Under the pieces are notes generated by a model that was given only the letters and a program-made list of their open reading frames with translations, ran no database searches and had not been told where the DNA came from. Both the position numbers and the translations under genes were made by a program. A stretch of DNA of 64,000 bases from a virus, in the IMG/VR virus record IMGVR_UViG_3300044991_002272. One strand, given 5' to 3'. Below are positions 1 through 10,431 of the stretch, piece by piece (within the stretch, counting starts at the first letter, position 1; each line of letters opens with the position of its first letter).

Positions 1-636
1 AGCTGTTAGAGGGCTGGCCCGACCATCTGCATTTACACGCTGTTCACTTTCATTTATGAAGTCGTTGTAGGCTGCTACTAAACGGGCATGAATACTTTCA
101 CGCATTTCTGATTTCAAAGCATTGCTGCCAAATCGCGCATTTGTCAAACGTTCAGGCAGATCGCCGCGTCCCTTGAAGTTATAGTCTTTTATGTCAAATT
201 CTTTAGTTTCTTCAGTAGGGTCTTTGTGGCCATAATCATACTCAGCCTGTTGTTCCATAACAACTACCTCTGGAGACGTGGCATCTACGCCGCTGTCTCC
301 ACAATCGCAAGGTCCTTGGCAGCCGCAAGCTTTTCCCACATCACAGTCGCAAGGGCCATCACAGCCACAAGCTTTAGATTGTGTCATATGAGAAACCCCA
401 GCCAACTGCAACAAGCGCATAACATCGTCAGGCTCACAAGTGTTTACGGTCATGGAAGCAGCATCATTGGGATTTTGACTGGCAGATGTTATTGATGCAT
501 TATATCTTTTGTCACTACCTTGCCCAGCCAGCTGCATCAACCTCATCACATCACCTGCATCGTCAGTGCTAACACTAGCACTCTTGCTGGGAATGTCTTT
601 GGTTGAAATAGTTAAATTATATCGATTTGATTCCAT
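1..636 (-). CDS. Probable internal head protein with duplicated DVMRL(M/L)QLAG motif and Cys-rich tandem repeat (3' end runs off window; absent from ORF track)
   Basis: Manually translated open frame from ATG at 636 (MESNRYNLTISTKDIP...) to the window edge with no stop; co-oriented with upstream head-related genes. Confidence 0.7.
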   Translation of the reverse strand, partial: MESNRYNLTISTKDIPSKSASVSTDDAGDVMRLMQLAGQGSDKRYNASITSASQNPNDAASMTVNTCEPDDVMRLLQLAGVSHMTQSKACGCDGPCDCDVGKACGCQGPCDCGDSGVDATSPEVVVMEQQAEYDYGHKDPTEETKEFDIKDYNFKGRGDLPERLTNARFGSNALKSEMRESIHARLVAAYNDFINESEQRVNADGRASPLTA

Positions 637-638
637 AA

Positions 639-1457
639 TTACTTGCCTTTTCTGGGATGCCTGATTTCGTCAGCTTGCATGCTCATGGTTACTGTTTTCC
701 CACTGCGATTTTTGCGTGCTGTGAAGTAGGTCTTGCTGTCGTCATCAAAATTTCCACTGCTAGTCAAAAATTTGCTGTCAACTGGCATTTTGTTGGATTT
801 TTTGGATTTTGTTACAGGCTTTGGTGTATCATGCTTGTCGTTAAAATCTGCCAAGTCTTGAGTGGGTTCTTGCCGAGCAGCTTTCAATTCCTTAACTGAA
901 ATGTGACTGCTGAGGGTTTCAAACTCTTGGGGTTTCCGAGAAGCTGCAACGTCTGCCAGATAACTGAGAAATTTTTTGTTGTATTTGTCCCCAAATGCGT
1001 CTTTGACAACTGGCTGTTCAGCATCTAGATATTCATTATCTGTGCTCAACAAGCTGGCTTTTTGTGTTAAACCTTTTTCATCAGCCATTTTGTCCAATAG
1101 GCTTAGGATTTGCATCTTTTGACTTTCAACTTCAATAGGCTCGTTGTCATTACGCACAACCAAAAACTTTTCAGGAATATTCAATGCAGCACGAAGTTCT
1201 TGTTGAAGAATGTATGCGCTGAAAGGGATGCCAATTACAGCATCAATATACCAAACATCAGCATTTTCAATGTCCCGGAACTCCATAGCATCTTGCTTGG
1301 GAGAGATCTTCACTGGAGTGCCAATGCTGATGAGGTTGTATCTACTTAACAGCCGCTCCATGTCATCCATATGCTCATCTGTGGGCGGAACCACCATTTT
1401 GATGCGGAAGTCGTATTGTTTTTGAGCTTCTTCCAAATATGTTTTGAAACTTTTCAT
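639..1457 (-). CDS. Hypothetical virion protein, probably capsid-targeted
   Basis: Likely start MKSFKTYLEE (ATG 1457), resembling T4 capsid-targeting leaders; the longer ORF call overlaps the upstream gene. Confidence 0.6.
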   Translation of the reverse strand: MKSFKTYLEEAQKQYDFRIKMVVPPTDEHMDDMERLLSRYNLISIGTPVKISPKQDAMEFRDIENADVWYIDAVIGIPFSAYILQQELRAALNIPEKFLVVRNDNEPIEVESQKMQILSLLDKMADEKGLTQKASLLSTDNEYLDAEQPVVKDAFGDKYNKKFLSYLADVAASRKPQEFETLSSHISVKELKAARQEPTQDLADFNDKHDTPKPVTKSKKSNKMPVDSKFLTSSGNFDDDSKTYFTARKNRSGKTVTMSMQADEIRHPRKGK

Positions 1458-1479
1458 AGCACTACTTTCAATTCTTCCT

Positions 1480-1941
1480 CTATTTAGTTTCTCTGCTGAA
1501 CTCTCGCAATTGTTCCAGCAATGCGTTACGGTCCAAAACTTTGATATTCCCTGTATCAACTTCCTCATTTTTATCTGGGAAAGCTTTTTCCAATTTCAAT
1601 CGGTCTAAATCCAATTTCAATTGTTTCAAACGTCGGTCCATTTTGCTGTTCCGGGCATCCAAGGCAACTTTCAGCATTGTTGCGCTGGCTGTGAAAATTT
1701 CCCCTGCGTGTCGCATTTCAACTGTCATGCCGAGATCATTTAAATTCTTGCCCCACTCTATCGCCAAACTGGCAATTTCGTTCATTTCATCGTCATGAAC
1801 TTCACCAGCATCTTGATCCTTGAATTCCTTAACCAAATCTTTTGCTTTCTCAAGACTGGTTTCCAACAACTCTTGAGGAGATATGCTGTCTTCCAGTCTA
1901 GGCAAGTCAAAAGTTTGTTCCAGTTGATCAAAACGTCCCAT
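1480..1941 (-). CDS. Putative terminase small subunit-like protein
   Basis: 153-aa helical/coiled-coil protein ending VLDRNALLEQL, coupled to the gp4-like gene; resemblance to T4-type TerS from memory only. Confidence 0.4.
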   Translation of the reverse strand: MGRFDQLEQTFDLPRLEDSISPQELLETSLEKAKDLVKEFKDQDAGEVHDDEMNEIASLAIEWGKNLNDLGMTVEMRHAGEIFTASATMLKVALDARNSKMDRRLKQLKLDLDRLKLEKAFPDKNEEVDTGNIKVLDRNALLEQLREFSRETK

Positions 1942-2375
1942 TACTTGCCTTTTTGCTTGAATATGCTGTCTTCATTCACAACTCTAAATTTCAAACCCTG
2001 TTTATTTGCCCAAGCAAATGCAGCAGCCCATTTTGCTGTATTCACAATTACAAACGCTTTATCTCTTTTGCTTTTGGCATTTTCCATCAAGGTTTCTTTT
2101 TTGGGCTTGATTTCAATCAGCTCACCTATGTTGTTACCAGCTTTGTCCTGATATACAATTAGGAAATCAGGCACATAGAGACTTTGTTTGCCTGTTAAGG
2201 GGTTTTTGTAGGGTATTTTGATAAATTCACTAGCCCATTGAATTATGCTGGGATGAGTATCAAAAAAATGCATGCATGCTAATTCCCAAGAACTACGGAA
2301 GGTAGGTGAGGGATTACCAACCACTTTTCCAGGATTTTTCGGTGTGAAGGTGCCTTGACTGTATTTTATTGCCAT
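1941..2375 (-). CDS. Head completion nuclease (T4 gp4-like, TnsA-type PD-(D/E)xK)
   Basis: FRSSWE, WASE, YVPDF and LIEIKP motifs; TAAATA upstream. Confidence 0.9.
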   Translation of the reverse strand: MAIKYSQGTFTPKNPGKVVGNPSPTFRSSWELACMHFFDTHPSIIQWASEFIKIPYKNPLTGKQSLYVPDFLIVYQDKAGNNIGELIEIKPKKETLMENAKSKRDKAFVIVNTAKWAAAFAWANKQGLKFRVVNEDSIFKQKGK

Positions 2376-2391
2376 GCATCTATTTAGAATC

Positions 2392-2880
2392 TTATGTTGT
2401 TTGTGCCAAAATCTTTGCGTTGAGCATCAAATTATTGACATACGGGGGATCAGGCGGCCCATTGTTGTAACCTATTTGACTTGCTGCTGATCGAAAAAAA
2501 TTCAAATTCTCCAACAGGTCTGGCGTCATCACACCGTTTTTGAACAAGCTCTGTGGATTTTTGTTTATGCTTTTTGCAGTTACCGCAGCAATAGCGCCAT
2601 AAGTGTTGCTGAGATTTTCAGGAACTGCTTGCCCTGAGAACATGCTTTTGGCGATCGCATAGTTTTCGGGATTGATTTGGAAACTGTTATCAAGTGGGCT
2701 ATTTTGTAAATCATATGCACTGGCATTGATGGGACGGTTTTGCAATTCACCTGTTGCGGGATTTTGAAACTGTCTTGTGCCTTGCACATTTACAACGATA
2801 CTTTCTTGACCAAAATTATTTGATTGATCAATCAAATTCCTGGTTATGAGATCTTGAACCATTAGATGAATCTCCCCCAT
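2392..2880 (-). CDS. Hypothetical protein in tail operon
   Basis: 162-aa ORF co-oriented and closely packed with tail genes. Confidence 0.55.
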   Translation of the reverse strand: MGEIHLMVQDLITRNLIDQSNNFGQESIVVNVQGTRQFQNPATGELQNRPINASAYDLQNSPLDNSFQINPENYAIAKSMFSGQAVPENLSNTYGAIAAVTAKSINKNPQSLFKNGVMTPDLLENLNFFRSAASQIGYNNGPPDPPYVNNLMLNAKILAQTT

Positions 2881-3887
2881 CTACTCAATGCACTTGACCC
2901 CAGTCGCTGTGCGACTCTGCCCCCAATGCCTGTTATTCCACTTGCAGTTATGGCACGTGATCCAAGACTGCTCAACACCTGTCCCACAAAAGGTACGTTG
3001 CTGGCAACATTGTTGAGCAGCCCATCCAATGTGTTTTGAATGCTGTCATCCAATTCCAACAAAAAGGTGTTCACACCGCCAAACATGTCTGCAGGCTCAT
3101 AATAGTCACCGCCATCTAAATCAAATTTGCTGATCAATTCAGGAGTTAATTTATAAGCTACTTCCTCAAAAGCTACACCTTCATGCTTGACAGTCATGTT
3201 GATTGTGTTAAGGGCACTGCTTTCTGTTTCCAAGCTGTCAAACTCAAGACTGGACACTTTTGGATTGTATACTCGCATTTTGGTGTACTTGCCACCATAA
3301 AAGGTGTAAATGTCAAGACTTTCAAAAAAGTTAGTGTCAGGGCCTGGTTGTGGACTGAATCCCCAGCCACTTCCGATACTAAACTCTTTTTCAATTACGC
3401 TGCTTCGCCAAGCCACTGCATTGCCTATTCTACTATTAGGCCGCAGTCTTCCATCCCCAAAATACCAGTTGTAGTAATCTCTCCACACCCGTAATACTCG
3501 GTCATCAACAGTGTCGTGCAAAATGATATTCAAATCTGAATAGTCGATACCAGTGTAGACAACACGCTTACGATTGTATTGTTTTAGGATTTTAGCCTCA
3601 GGAGAGAATTTAGGCCTATCAATAGTTTTGATTTGGAAGGCAAATCCTGATTGCCAACTGCTGAATTCTCTCAAGGAGCTGATGGCAGGCCCAGCATTGA
3701 AGCTTGCATAAAACAAAAACTTTTGACGTGGCATTGCACTAATGACACGATTGGTTTTTGTATGTTTTGTAGCATACCTACTGTTGCGCAAGATCAAAGG
3801 GAGGCCGCGATAGTAGGTACGGCTTCCTGCTGATGCGCCTAGTTCATCAGAGGTTTGCTGTTGCGCTTGATCGGCTGCTAAAGGCAC
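2862..3887 (-). CDS. Tail tube-like paralog / tube initiator (gp19/gp54-like)
   Basis: KTIDRPKFS, KQYNRKRVVYTGIDY and LHDTVD motifs of tube-fold proteins; follows the tube gene. Confidence 0.65.
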   Translation of the reverse strand: MPLAADQAQQQTSDELGASAGSRTYYRGLPLILRNSRYATKHTKTNRVISAMPRQKFLFYASFNAGPAISSLREFSSWQSGFAFQIKTIDRPKFSPEAKILKQYNRKRVVYTGIDYSDLNIILHDTVDDRVLRVWRDYYNWYFGDGRLRPNSRIGNAVAWRSSVIEKEFSIGSGWGFSPQPGPDTNFFESLDIYTFYGGKYTKMRVYNPKVSSLEFDSLETESSALNTINMTVKHEGVAFEEVAYKLTPELISKFDLDGGDYYEPADMFGGVNTFLLELDDSIQNTLDGLLNNVASNVPFVGQVLSSLGSRAITASGITGIGGRVAQRLGSSALSRWGRFI

Positions 3888-3890
3888 AGG

Positions 3891-4472
3891 TTATCCTATA
3901 CTGACACCAGGTCTAAATTGCGGATTTAGTTCAAACAACCCATCCGCAAGGGTGGCATTGTCAAATCTCACAGTAAGCTGAATGTCCACAGGGTCACTGC
4001 TGTTGTATTCTAGTGATTGATAATCAACAGTTTCAAGGAAACAACCTTCCAAAGTCCAAGTTTCAAATACTGTTTCGTTGCCGCCATCAAGTATTTCAAG
4101 AATAGTTGTAAACTTGTAATTGATACCCGCAGCAACACTTGTTTGTTCAAAAAAGTTCATTTGTTTTTGTAGCTGGTGACCCACGAGTTTGCTGACACTG
4201 TTAGTAATATCGTCACGAACAGTGATGTTCATCTGTTGCCAAGTTGCCTTACCAGCGTAATGCATAATGGAATTGTAGCTGTGTACCTCAACGCTGTTCA
4301 TTGAAACATTGGGCCGGGCTGCACTAACTACCTGTTGAGTCAACTCCAACCCACCAGCAATGGGCCCAAAATTGATTACTCGCACACGGAAGCGATGTTT
4401 GATCTTCGGCATGAGCAAGCCATTTCTTGCACCGTTGATGGGAACGCCGAATTTTGAAAGAGTCTCTACCAT
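3891..4472 (-). CDS. Tail tube protein (T4 gp19-like)
   Basis: HRFRVR, HYAGKATWQQMNITVRDD, WTLEGCFL and LTVRFDNA motifs; late promoter upstream. Confidence 0.9.
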   Translation of the reverse strand: MVETLSKFGVPINGARNGLLMPKIKHRFRVRVINFGPIAGGLELTQQVVSAARPNVSMNSVEVHSYNSIMHYAGKATWQQMNITVRDDITNSVSKLVGHQLQKQMNFFEQTSVAAGINYKFTTILEILDGGNETVFETWTLEGCFLETVDYQSLEYNSSDPVDIQLTVRFDNATLADGLFELNPQFRPGVSIG

Positions 4473-4542
4473 GCTCTACTCCAGAAACTTGTTTATTGCA
4501 AACTTATTTATGGAGAGAGGGTGGAAAAATCAGGGGCAGTTT

Positions 4543-4866
4543 TTAGGCATGCCCCACTTGACCATAAGCCAATAGAGCAATGCTCTCTTGTTGACTGATT
4601 AGGCCTTGCAGAATAACCAAATGTGCACCGTCAATAACTTCTTGTTGATGATCATCAGCAACAAGACTGATCATATTGCCTAAGGTTTCGCTCAAACTTT
4701 CAATCAACATACCCAATGCATCATTTTTCCCCATAGTAGAGCTGTAGTGCTCAAACAAGGCTACACTTAGTTTAGTCAACTCACCAGTAACTCTCTGCCT
4801 TTCATAATCAAGGTCAGTTTGAGGGTCTGAGTCAATTTCTTCAGATTCAAAAATTGAGCTTGTCAT
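4543..4866 (-). CDS. Hypothetical protein
   Basis: 107-aa ORF with TAAATA upstream (4889-4894). Confidence 0.55.
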   Translation of the reverse strand: MTSSIFESEEIDSDPQTDLDYERQRVTGELTKLSVALFEHYSSTMGKNDALGMLIESLSETLGNMISLVADDHQQEVIDGAHLVILQGLISQQESIALLAYGQVGHA

Positions 4867-4992
4867 GTTACCTGCAATTGTTTTCTTGTATTTAAGCTTA
4901 AGTTCAGATTGTTGTCTGTCTAGACAGATTATTATGGATAGATATTGTTATAAAGCCTTAAATAACTATATACTAAAACGAAGGAAATAGCT

Positions 4993-6636
4993 ATGACAAT
5001 AACGTGTCAGTTATGTGAAAAAATATTTGACAAGATTATCAGCAGCACTCATTTGAAATTCTCTCATCAAATAAGTAGTGAACAATACCGACAGAAATTT
5101 GGGCGTGATAGCTTAGCTTGTGCGGACTACAAAAAAGAACGTAGTTTAGCGCGCAGCGGCGAAAAAAACGGCATGTTTGGTAAGAAACATGCGCAAGCCA
5201 GCTTACAAAAAATGAGTGAAAAGCGGGAAGGTCAAATTCCGTCAAACAAAGGCAAGAAAGTTACAGATCCCGACCATCTTGAAAATCTACGCAACGCTGT
5301 TGCAGCGCGAACTATCAAATGGCAGCAGAATGATACTCATCCCAGAAAAGGGGCCATATTGAGCCCTGCTACTAGGAATCAGATCCGCCAAGGAGTGCAA
5401 GATTACGCACATCAGAATCCAGAATTGATGCAACAACGAGCAGCAAAAGCCAAACAAACATTGCACGAGCAAGGTTATGATTTTGGGAGTCATATGCGTG
5501 GCAAAAAACACTCACAAACAACCAAAAACAAGATCAGTGCAAGCAGCCGCATGTCTGCATTGAAAAAATCAATGTTGAGCCATGATAAGATGTTACAAGC
5601 AATTTCCGATGCAAATTTATTGTGTGAGTCTGTGGAAGGTCAAAATGTATTTGTTAAATGTATTGTATGTAACAATCAATTCTCCATTACAAAACAATAT
5701 TTCACTATTTCCAAGTGGCGGAAAGACATTTGCCCTGTTTGCCGACCAATTCCCGTCAAGTCCAATGCTGAACTTGAGTTGCTGTTCTGGATACGATCCG
5801 TTTTGCCACATGAAACCGTCTTAAGTGGTAACCGATCAACTATTTTTCCCTTGGAACTGGATATACTGATTCCACACAGGAACCTTGCAGTGGAATATTG
5901 CGGTCTATATTGGCATAGTGAACTACAGGGGAAAGATAAAAATTATCACAAAAACAAAAAAGAATTATGTGCTGCACAAGGAATATCCTTGATTACTGTT
6001 TTTGAAGATGAATGGTTAACCAAACAAGACATAGTAAAAAGTCGGCTACAACACTTACTAGGTAAATGTCACAACAAAATTGCTGCAAGAAAATGTGTTG
6101 TGAAACCCATTGATGCCAAAATTGCCCGTGACTTTTGCACGCAAAATCATATTCAAGGCAGTGGAGCTAGCAAGATTTGCTTGGGATTGTATTATGGGGA
6201 ACAATTGATCCAAGTGGCAACCTTTAGTCAACCCAATATCAGCAAAGGTTCTCGGAACACAGGAGCCGATGTCTGGGAATTGAGTAGGCTGTGCAGTATC
6301 ACAAAAACGCAAGTTATGGGCGGGGCGGGAAAATTATTCAAATATTTTGTAACCAATTACAATCCAAAACAAATTATAAGTTACTGTGATTTAAGATGGA
6401 ATCAAGGAACTGTATATGAACAATTGGGATTTACTTGCATAAATTTAGGCACGCCAAATTATTGGTATTTCAAAGGGCCTGATGTTACACGACTGCACAG
6501 ATTTAGCTTGCGCAAAAACTCGCAGGATGATCCTGCCTTGACAGAATGGGAAAATCGCAAGGCGCAAGGTTGGAACAGGATTTGGGATTGTGGTAGCAGT
6601 AAATGGATATGGCTTAATGAAAAACCGGAGCAGTGA
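4993..6636 (+). CDS. Free-standing putative homing endonuclease (Zn finger, NUMOD3-like repeats, Vsr/PD-(D/E)xK domain, C-terminal domain)
   Basis: CQLC...HLKFSH; HMRGKKHSQTTKNKIS; ELDILIP...AVEYCGLYWHS; AAGGAA RBS; antisense between tube and sheath operons. Confidence 0.7.
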   Translation: MTITCQLCEKIFDKIISSTHLKFSHQISSEQYRQKFGRDSLACADYKKERSLARSGEKNGMFGKKHAQASLQKMSEKREGQIPSNKGKKVTDPDHLENLRNAVAARTIKWQQNDTHPRKGAILSPATRNQIRQGVQDYAHQNPELMQQRAAKAKQTLHEQGYDFGSHMRGKKHSQTTKNKISASSRMSALKKSMLSHDKMLQAISDANLLCESVEGQNVFVKCIVCNNQFSITKQYFTISKWRKDICPVCRPIPVKSNAELELLFWIRSVLPHETVLSGNRSTIFPLELDILIPHRNLAVEYCGLYWHSELQGKDKNYHKNKKELCAAQGISLITVFEDEWLTKQDIVKSRLQHLLGKCHNKIAARKCVVKPIDAKIARDFCTQNHIQGSGASKICLGLYYGEQLIQVATFSQPNISKGSRNTGADVWELSRLCSITKTQVMGGAGKLFKYFVTNYNPKQIISYCDLRWNQGTVYEQLGFTCINLGTPNYWYFKGPDVTRLHRFSLRKNSQDDPALTEWENRKAQGWNRIWDCGSSKWIWLNEKPEQ

Positions 6637-6667
6637 GCTCCGGTTTCTCTTGTTATAGATTCAAATA

Positions 6668-9600
6668 TTATGGCAATGGATCGCCAGTGTTTAAAATTCG
6701 CAATGGTATGTAAATGAATTCAATAGCTTTGGTGGGTTTGACAGCCACATCAATCCACAACTCATTGCGATCAATACGTGTTGGCGAATTATTCGTTTCA
6801 TCACAAACCACAGCAAAGTCATATACAGCACGCAAGCCCACTAAGTCACCAAAGAAGCTTTCAAATGTGCGGGCTACAGAATCGCGTGTTTGTTTGTCAT
6901 TGGGCTCAAACAAGAAGGGTTTGGCCAAAATGTCCAATTGATAATTCAAATAGTTAATCAATCTGGCAACATTTACGCGGTCCAATGCACTGCTCAAGGG
7001 ACTGAGGGTTTTTTGTCCATACACAACAAGTCCGCGCCCAGGAATGAATGCAATGGGGTTAATCTTGTTTTGATACAGTGTGTCTCGTTGTCCTTGACTC
7101 AATGCAACAGGCACGTATTCATTTTCTGCGTTCAAGTAACCAACACTGCTAACAGCACTTACTAATCCGCGTGTGAATCCTGCTGGGGCAAACCAGGGAT
7201 AAGCCACTTGGTCGTTGAAGGCAATGGTGCGCAGTATAGTCATGCTGGCTGGTACAAATATTTGTGTACCATCAATATTTGTAGCCAATCCCCATGGATA
7301 GTAGACACCGCCATAGCGTGTAGCAGTAATAAGTGATTCTTCACCATTACCCAATGCATTGGCAGCGTTTGTGGCCCAATTTTGAATACTTGTGCCATCA
7401 GGCTGCAAGCGAGCGGGGGTGTCAACAACAATGAACGCAACGTCTTTCTTGTCAGTGTTCAATGTAACCATTTCATCCAAAAGTTCTGGATAAGCGGGAA
7501 CAGCCATCAAGTTGAACACATTGCTTTCGCTTCTCAATTCTTCACTAGCTGCCAAGGCACTTGCTATAGCGGTAACAATCAATTGACGTTGTGCTTTCCG
7601 CAACATGTAAGGCGCACCAGTGTTCATCAAACCACTGGCTGTAACCCAACGGTTTCTATCGTAGTTAGGTTGGTTATTCACAGTTGCTGGTAGGTAATTT
7701 ACCTTGTAGGTTTTGACATTACCAAAGCTGTAGCGTGTGTTGAACAAAAGCAACCCAAAAGGATATGGTAATGCACTGGGAGCATCGGGATCCACTGTAT
7801 CACTAGCTAGCATATCTACAATTGCTTGACTGCCTGTGCTGGTTCCATTGGCTGTCCAACGGGCATCAGCGAACAAAATGCCATTGCTGCTGCTTTGGTC
7901 AGTATTGTCTACCAAAAGCCATTGACTGTTGAACGCATCTCTTTTGTAAATCTTGGGATAATTTTCCAAATCGCTTGTGTCGATCCAAATGTCATTATCC
8001 ACCAAAGGCAATCCACCTGACTGTGTTGTAGGGGCTGTTGCACTTAGAGTAGGCCCGTTGGGATCAGTTTCAGTGTAGATCATACGATAGCCTAACCAAG
8101 TGCTGCCATTGCTTACCATCAAGTCCACTCTCAAATTTGCATTGTACCACAATGTGTTATTTGCAGGCAAGCCTGATGGTGTTGTGCTGCTTTGGGTGTA
8201 TTTGTCTCCAAAATCCACAGTGCTGGCTACATAGCTGGGGATTGTGACCCAGGCAGTGCCATCCCAAATCTTCACAAGTAGCACGCCAGTTTGTGTCAAT
8301 ACATCTGGGCCGTTTTCATTGTAACGCACATAAATGCTGCCTACTGTGCGATTGGCACCATACCCTGCATTCGCACTTGCATCAGTTGCATATAGTGGAG
8401 CCAAACGTGTGTTCCATTGATCAGTGCCACTGTTGTAACGTTTTACAACAAAATTGGCACCACGATTGCCTGCAACAGTGTTGACCCAAATATTACCAGA
8501 GGCAAGCTGACTTAATTCAGCTGGTTGTGGGGTGCCCAAGCTGTAGCCTTGATAAACCAAGCTATTACCATAAGTTATTCCAGTGGGAATGCCAGCGGAT
8601 ACTAATGGGGCAGTTCCTGCATACCCTACAACATTTGACAGCGAAAACAACGTTCCTGTAGGACTATATATTCTAAGTCTATTGTCAGCTGTTATTTCAG
8701 CCTTTACTAAGTTGGTCAAGCCCACTGTAGTATCTGCATTGATTTTCGCAACTACATCAGCAAGTGTTGTGACTGCAGGAGCTTGATTAGCAACATTTAT
8801 ATTTGCACTGACACTTCCTGCGCCATATCCAGCTGTAATAGTTATAATTTGTGTAAGTGGTGCTGGGGCAGCAGCACTACTGACAAATGTGGGGCTTACA
8901 ACTGATCCTGTCACACTTTTGTAATATGTACTTTCCATTTTCATCTTTGCAGTGGCAAATCCACCCGGTCCACTGCTGGCAGTTGTATCCAGTAATTGGA
9001 TAGTATTGCCGCTATAGTCAGTTAGTCTCAAGTACTTGTTTGTCCCAACGGTGAATGTTGTGGCCAAAATTTGTGTTGAGGCCAACTGGGTATTGATATT
9101 CGTAACAAAAGCCTCTAAGGTAGTATTAGGAACATTGATAGTATAAGATGTAGTAGTAGCACCTACGATGTGGAAGAGTGTGCTTGTTCCAGTTATAAAT
9201 GGGCCTAGAACAGATTCACTACTATTGACAACTGTAGGAGATGCGGCTGCCCAACTGTGACCAGGGTATTCAGTTTCAGTGCCGCCCACTGGATACCAGC
9301 GACTTACTGTTCCTTGAGCTGTTGTTTGGCTGACTTTTTCAAAAATTTGCACTGAAGGCATCAAAACATTGCTGCCAAGGCCTTGAACAACACTTACTGC
9401 ATTCACAGCCAAATCACCATTAGCACCAAATTCATTTAAGGGCACAATGTAATTTTGTTGTGGTTTGTTGCTGACTAAGGGAGAAATTTGTGAGTTTTCA
9501 AAACCCAGATCAGTTAGCAAAGAGGTAGGTAATGCGCTTATAGGCGCGATAGCTACATTGATATCACTACCTACCAATCGAAGATTGTAGACTGTTACTT

Positions 9601-10366
9601 CTGTAGGAAGTGTGGGAGCAACTACCTTGGCTTTTTCCAGTCGGCTAAAGATTTCTGCTTTGATGCCCTTTTTTGTCAATGTTGTATTGCTGTTGATTTT
9701 TTGAACTACTGTGTTTAAACTGTCTGTTAACTCAATGGTTATTACAACACCTGCAATTGTGATTGTGCCATTGCCACCAGGAGCAACAATTGCAAGATTG
9801 GGATTGGTGCACTGTGTTTCACGGAAACATTGCACAATACGTTGAAGCTGTGTTGCAGTGTCAATCACTTTGGGTCTTACAGCACCCCAAGCCAACCCAC
9901 TGTTTACATTTCCGTTGCTGCGGAACAAGCCCCAAGAAGTTGCAGTGAGGTCCAACCAATAGTCGCCATTTACTGGCTCACCAACGGGCTCTGTACCAGT
10001 GGGTGCAAGGTTTCCTAGATCAACATCAGCTCGCATAACATAGGCACTGTTAGCCAACCCCAAGTATTGGTAAGCTGAATACAGCCCATACTCATTAAGT
10101 TCGTTACCATGCTGTGGTGTGCCAGCTTGGGTGTAAAATTTAGGATTGCCAAAGGTTTGGAGCAGTTCTCTCTGACTTGTTATCCGGTACAACTTGCCAG
10201 CATTGGCTTTGATTGTACCTGGGGCAATGCTAGTGGCGTTGCCTGGTTGCGGCTTATCTTGTGCAGTAGCCATCATAATGAATGGCACAGTGCCAGGGCC
10301 CGAACTGGCATAAAAACTCTCATCAATTACTTGTACCTGAACTCCAGGGCTTGTTAGATTGGCCAT
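6668..10366 (-). CDS. Tail sheath protein with large internal insertion (T4 gp18-like)
   Basis: N-terminal LTSPGVQVQVIDESFY; C-terminal WFAPAGFTRG, RDTLYQNKINPI, ALDRVNVARL and KPTKAIEFIYIP. Confidence 0.97.
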   Translation of the reverse strand: MANLTSPGVQVQVIDESFYASSGPGTVPFIMMATAQDKPQPGNATSIAPGTIKANAGKLYRITSQRELLQTFGNPKFYTQAGTPQHGNELNEYGLYSAYQYLGLANSAYVMRADVDLGNLAPTGTEPVGEPVNGDYWLDLTATSWGLFRSNGNVNSGLAWGAVRPKVIDTATQLQRIVQCFRETQCTNPNLAIVAPGGNGTITIAGVVITIELTDSLNTVVQKINSNTTLTKKGIKAEIFSRLEKAKVVAPTLPTEVTVYNLRLVGSDINVAIAPISALPTSLLTDLGFENSQISPLVSNKPQQNYIVPLNEFGANGDLAVNAVSVVQGLGSNVLMPSVQIFEKVSQTTAQGTVSRWYPVGGTETEYPGHSWAAASPTVVNSSESVLGPFITGTSTLFHIVGATTTSYTINVPNTTLEAFVTNINTQLASTQILATTFTVGTNKYLRLTDYSGNTIQLLDTTASSGPGGFATAKMKMESTYYKSVTGSVVSPTFVSSAAAPAPLTQIITITAGYGAGSVSANINVANQAPAVTTLADVVAKINADTTVGLTNLVKAEITADNRLRIYSPTGTLFSLSNVVGYAGTAPLVSAGIPTGITYGNSLVYQGYSLGTPQPAELSQLASGNIWVNTVAGNRGANFVVKRYNSGTDQWNTRLAPLYATDASANAGYGANRTVGSIYVRYNENGPDVLTQTGVLLVKIWDGTAWVTIPSYVASTVDFGDKYTQSSTTPSGLPANNTLWYNANLRVDLMVSNGSTWLGYRMIYTETDPNGPTLSATAPTTQSGGLPLVDNDIWIDTSDLENYPKIYKRDAFNSQWLLVDNTDQSSSNGILFADARWTANGTSTGSQAIVDMLASDTVDPDAPSALPYPFGLLLFNTRYSFGNVKTYKVNYLPATVNNQPNYDRNRWVTASGLMNTGAPYMLRKAQRQLIVTAIASALAASEELRSESNVFNLMAVPAYPELLDEMVTLNTDKKDVAFIVVDTPARLQPDGTSIQNWATNAANALGNGEESLITATRYGGVYYPWGLATNIDGTQIFVPASMTILRTIAFNDQVAYPWFAPAGFTRGLVSAVSSVGYLNAENEYVPVALSQGQRDTLYQNKINPIAFIPGRGLVVYGQKTLSPLSSALDRVNVARLINYLNYQLDILAKPFLFEPNDKQTRDSVARTFESFFGDLVGLRAVYDFAVVCDETNNSPTRIDRNELWIDVAVKPTKAIEFIYIPLRILNTGDPLP

Positions 10367-10431
10367 TTGTACCTCATCAAAAATATCTTGTAGGATATTT
10401 ATGAAAAGCTACTGAAAAAGCCCTGGTTCAG

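Noticed and set aside
4915-4928. 14-bp perfect palindrome TCTGTCTAGACAGA
   Set aside because: Single copy in an AT-rich divergent promoter gap with no second instance noticed; insufficient support for a function
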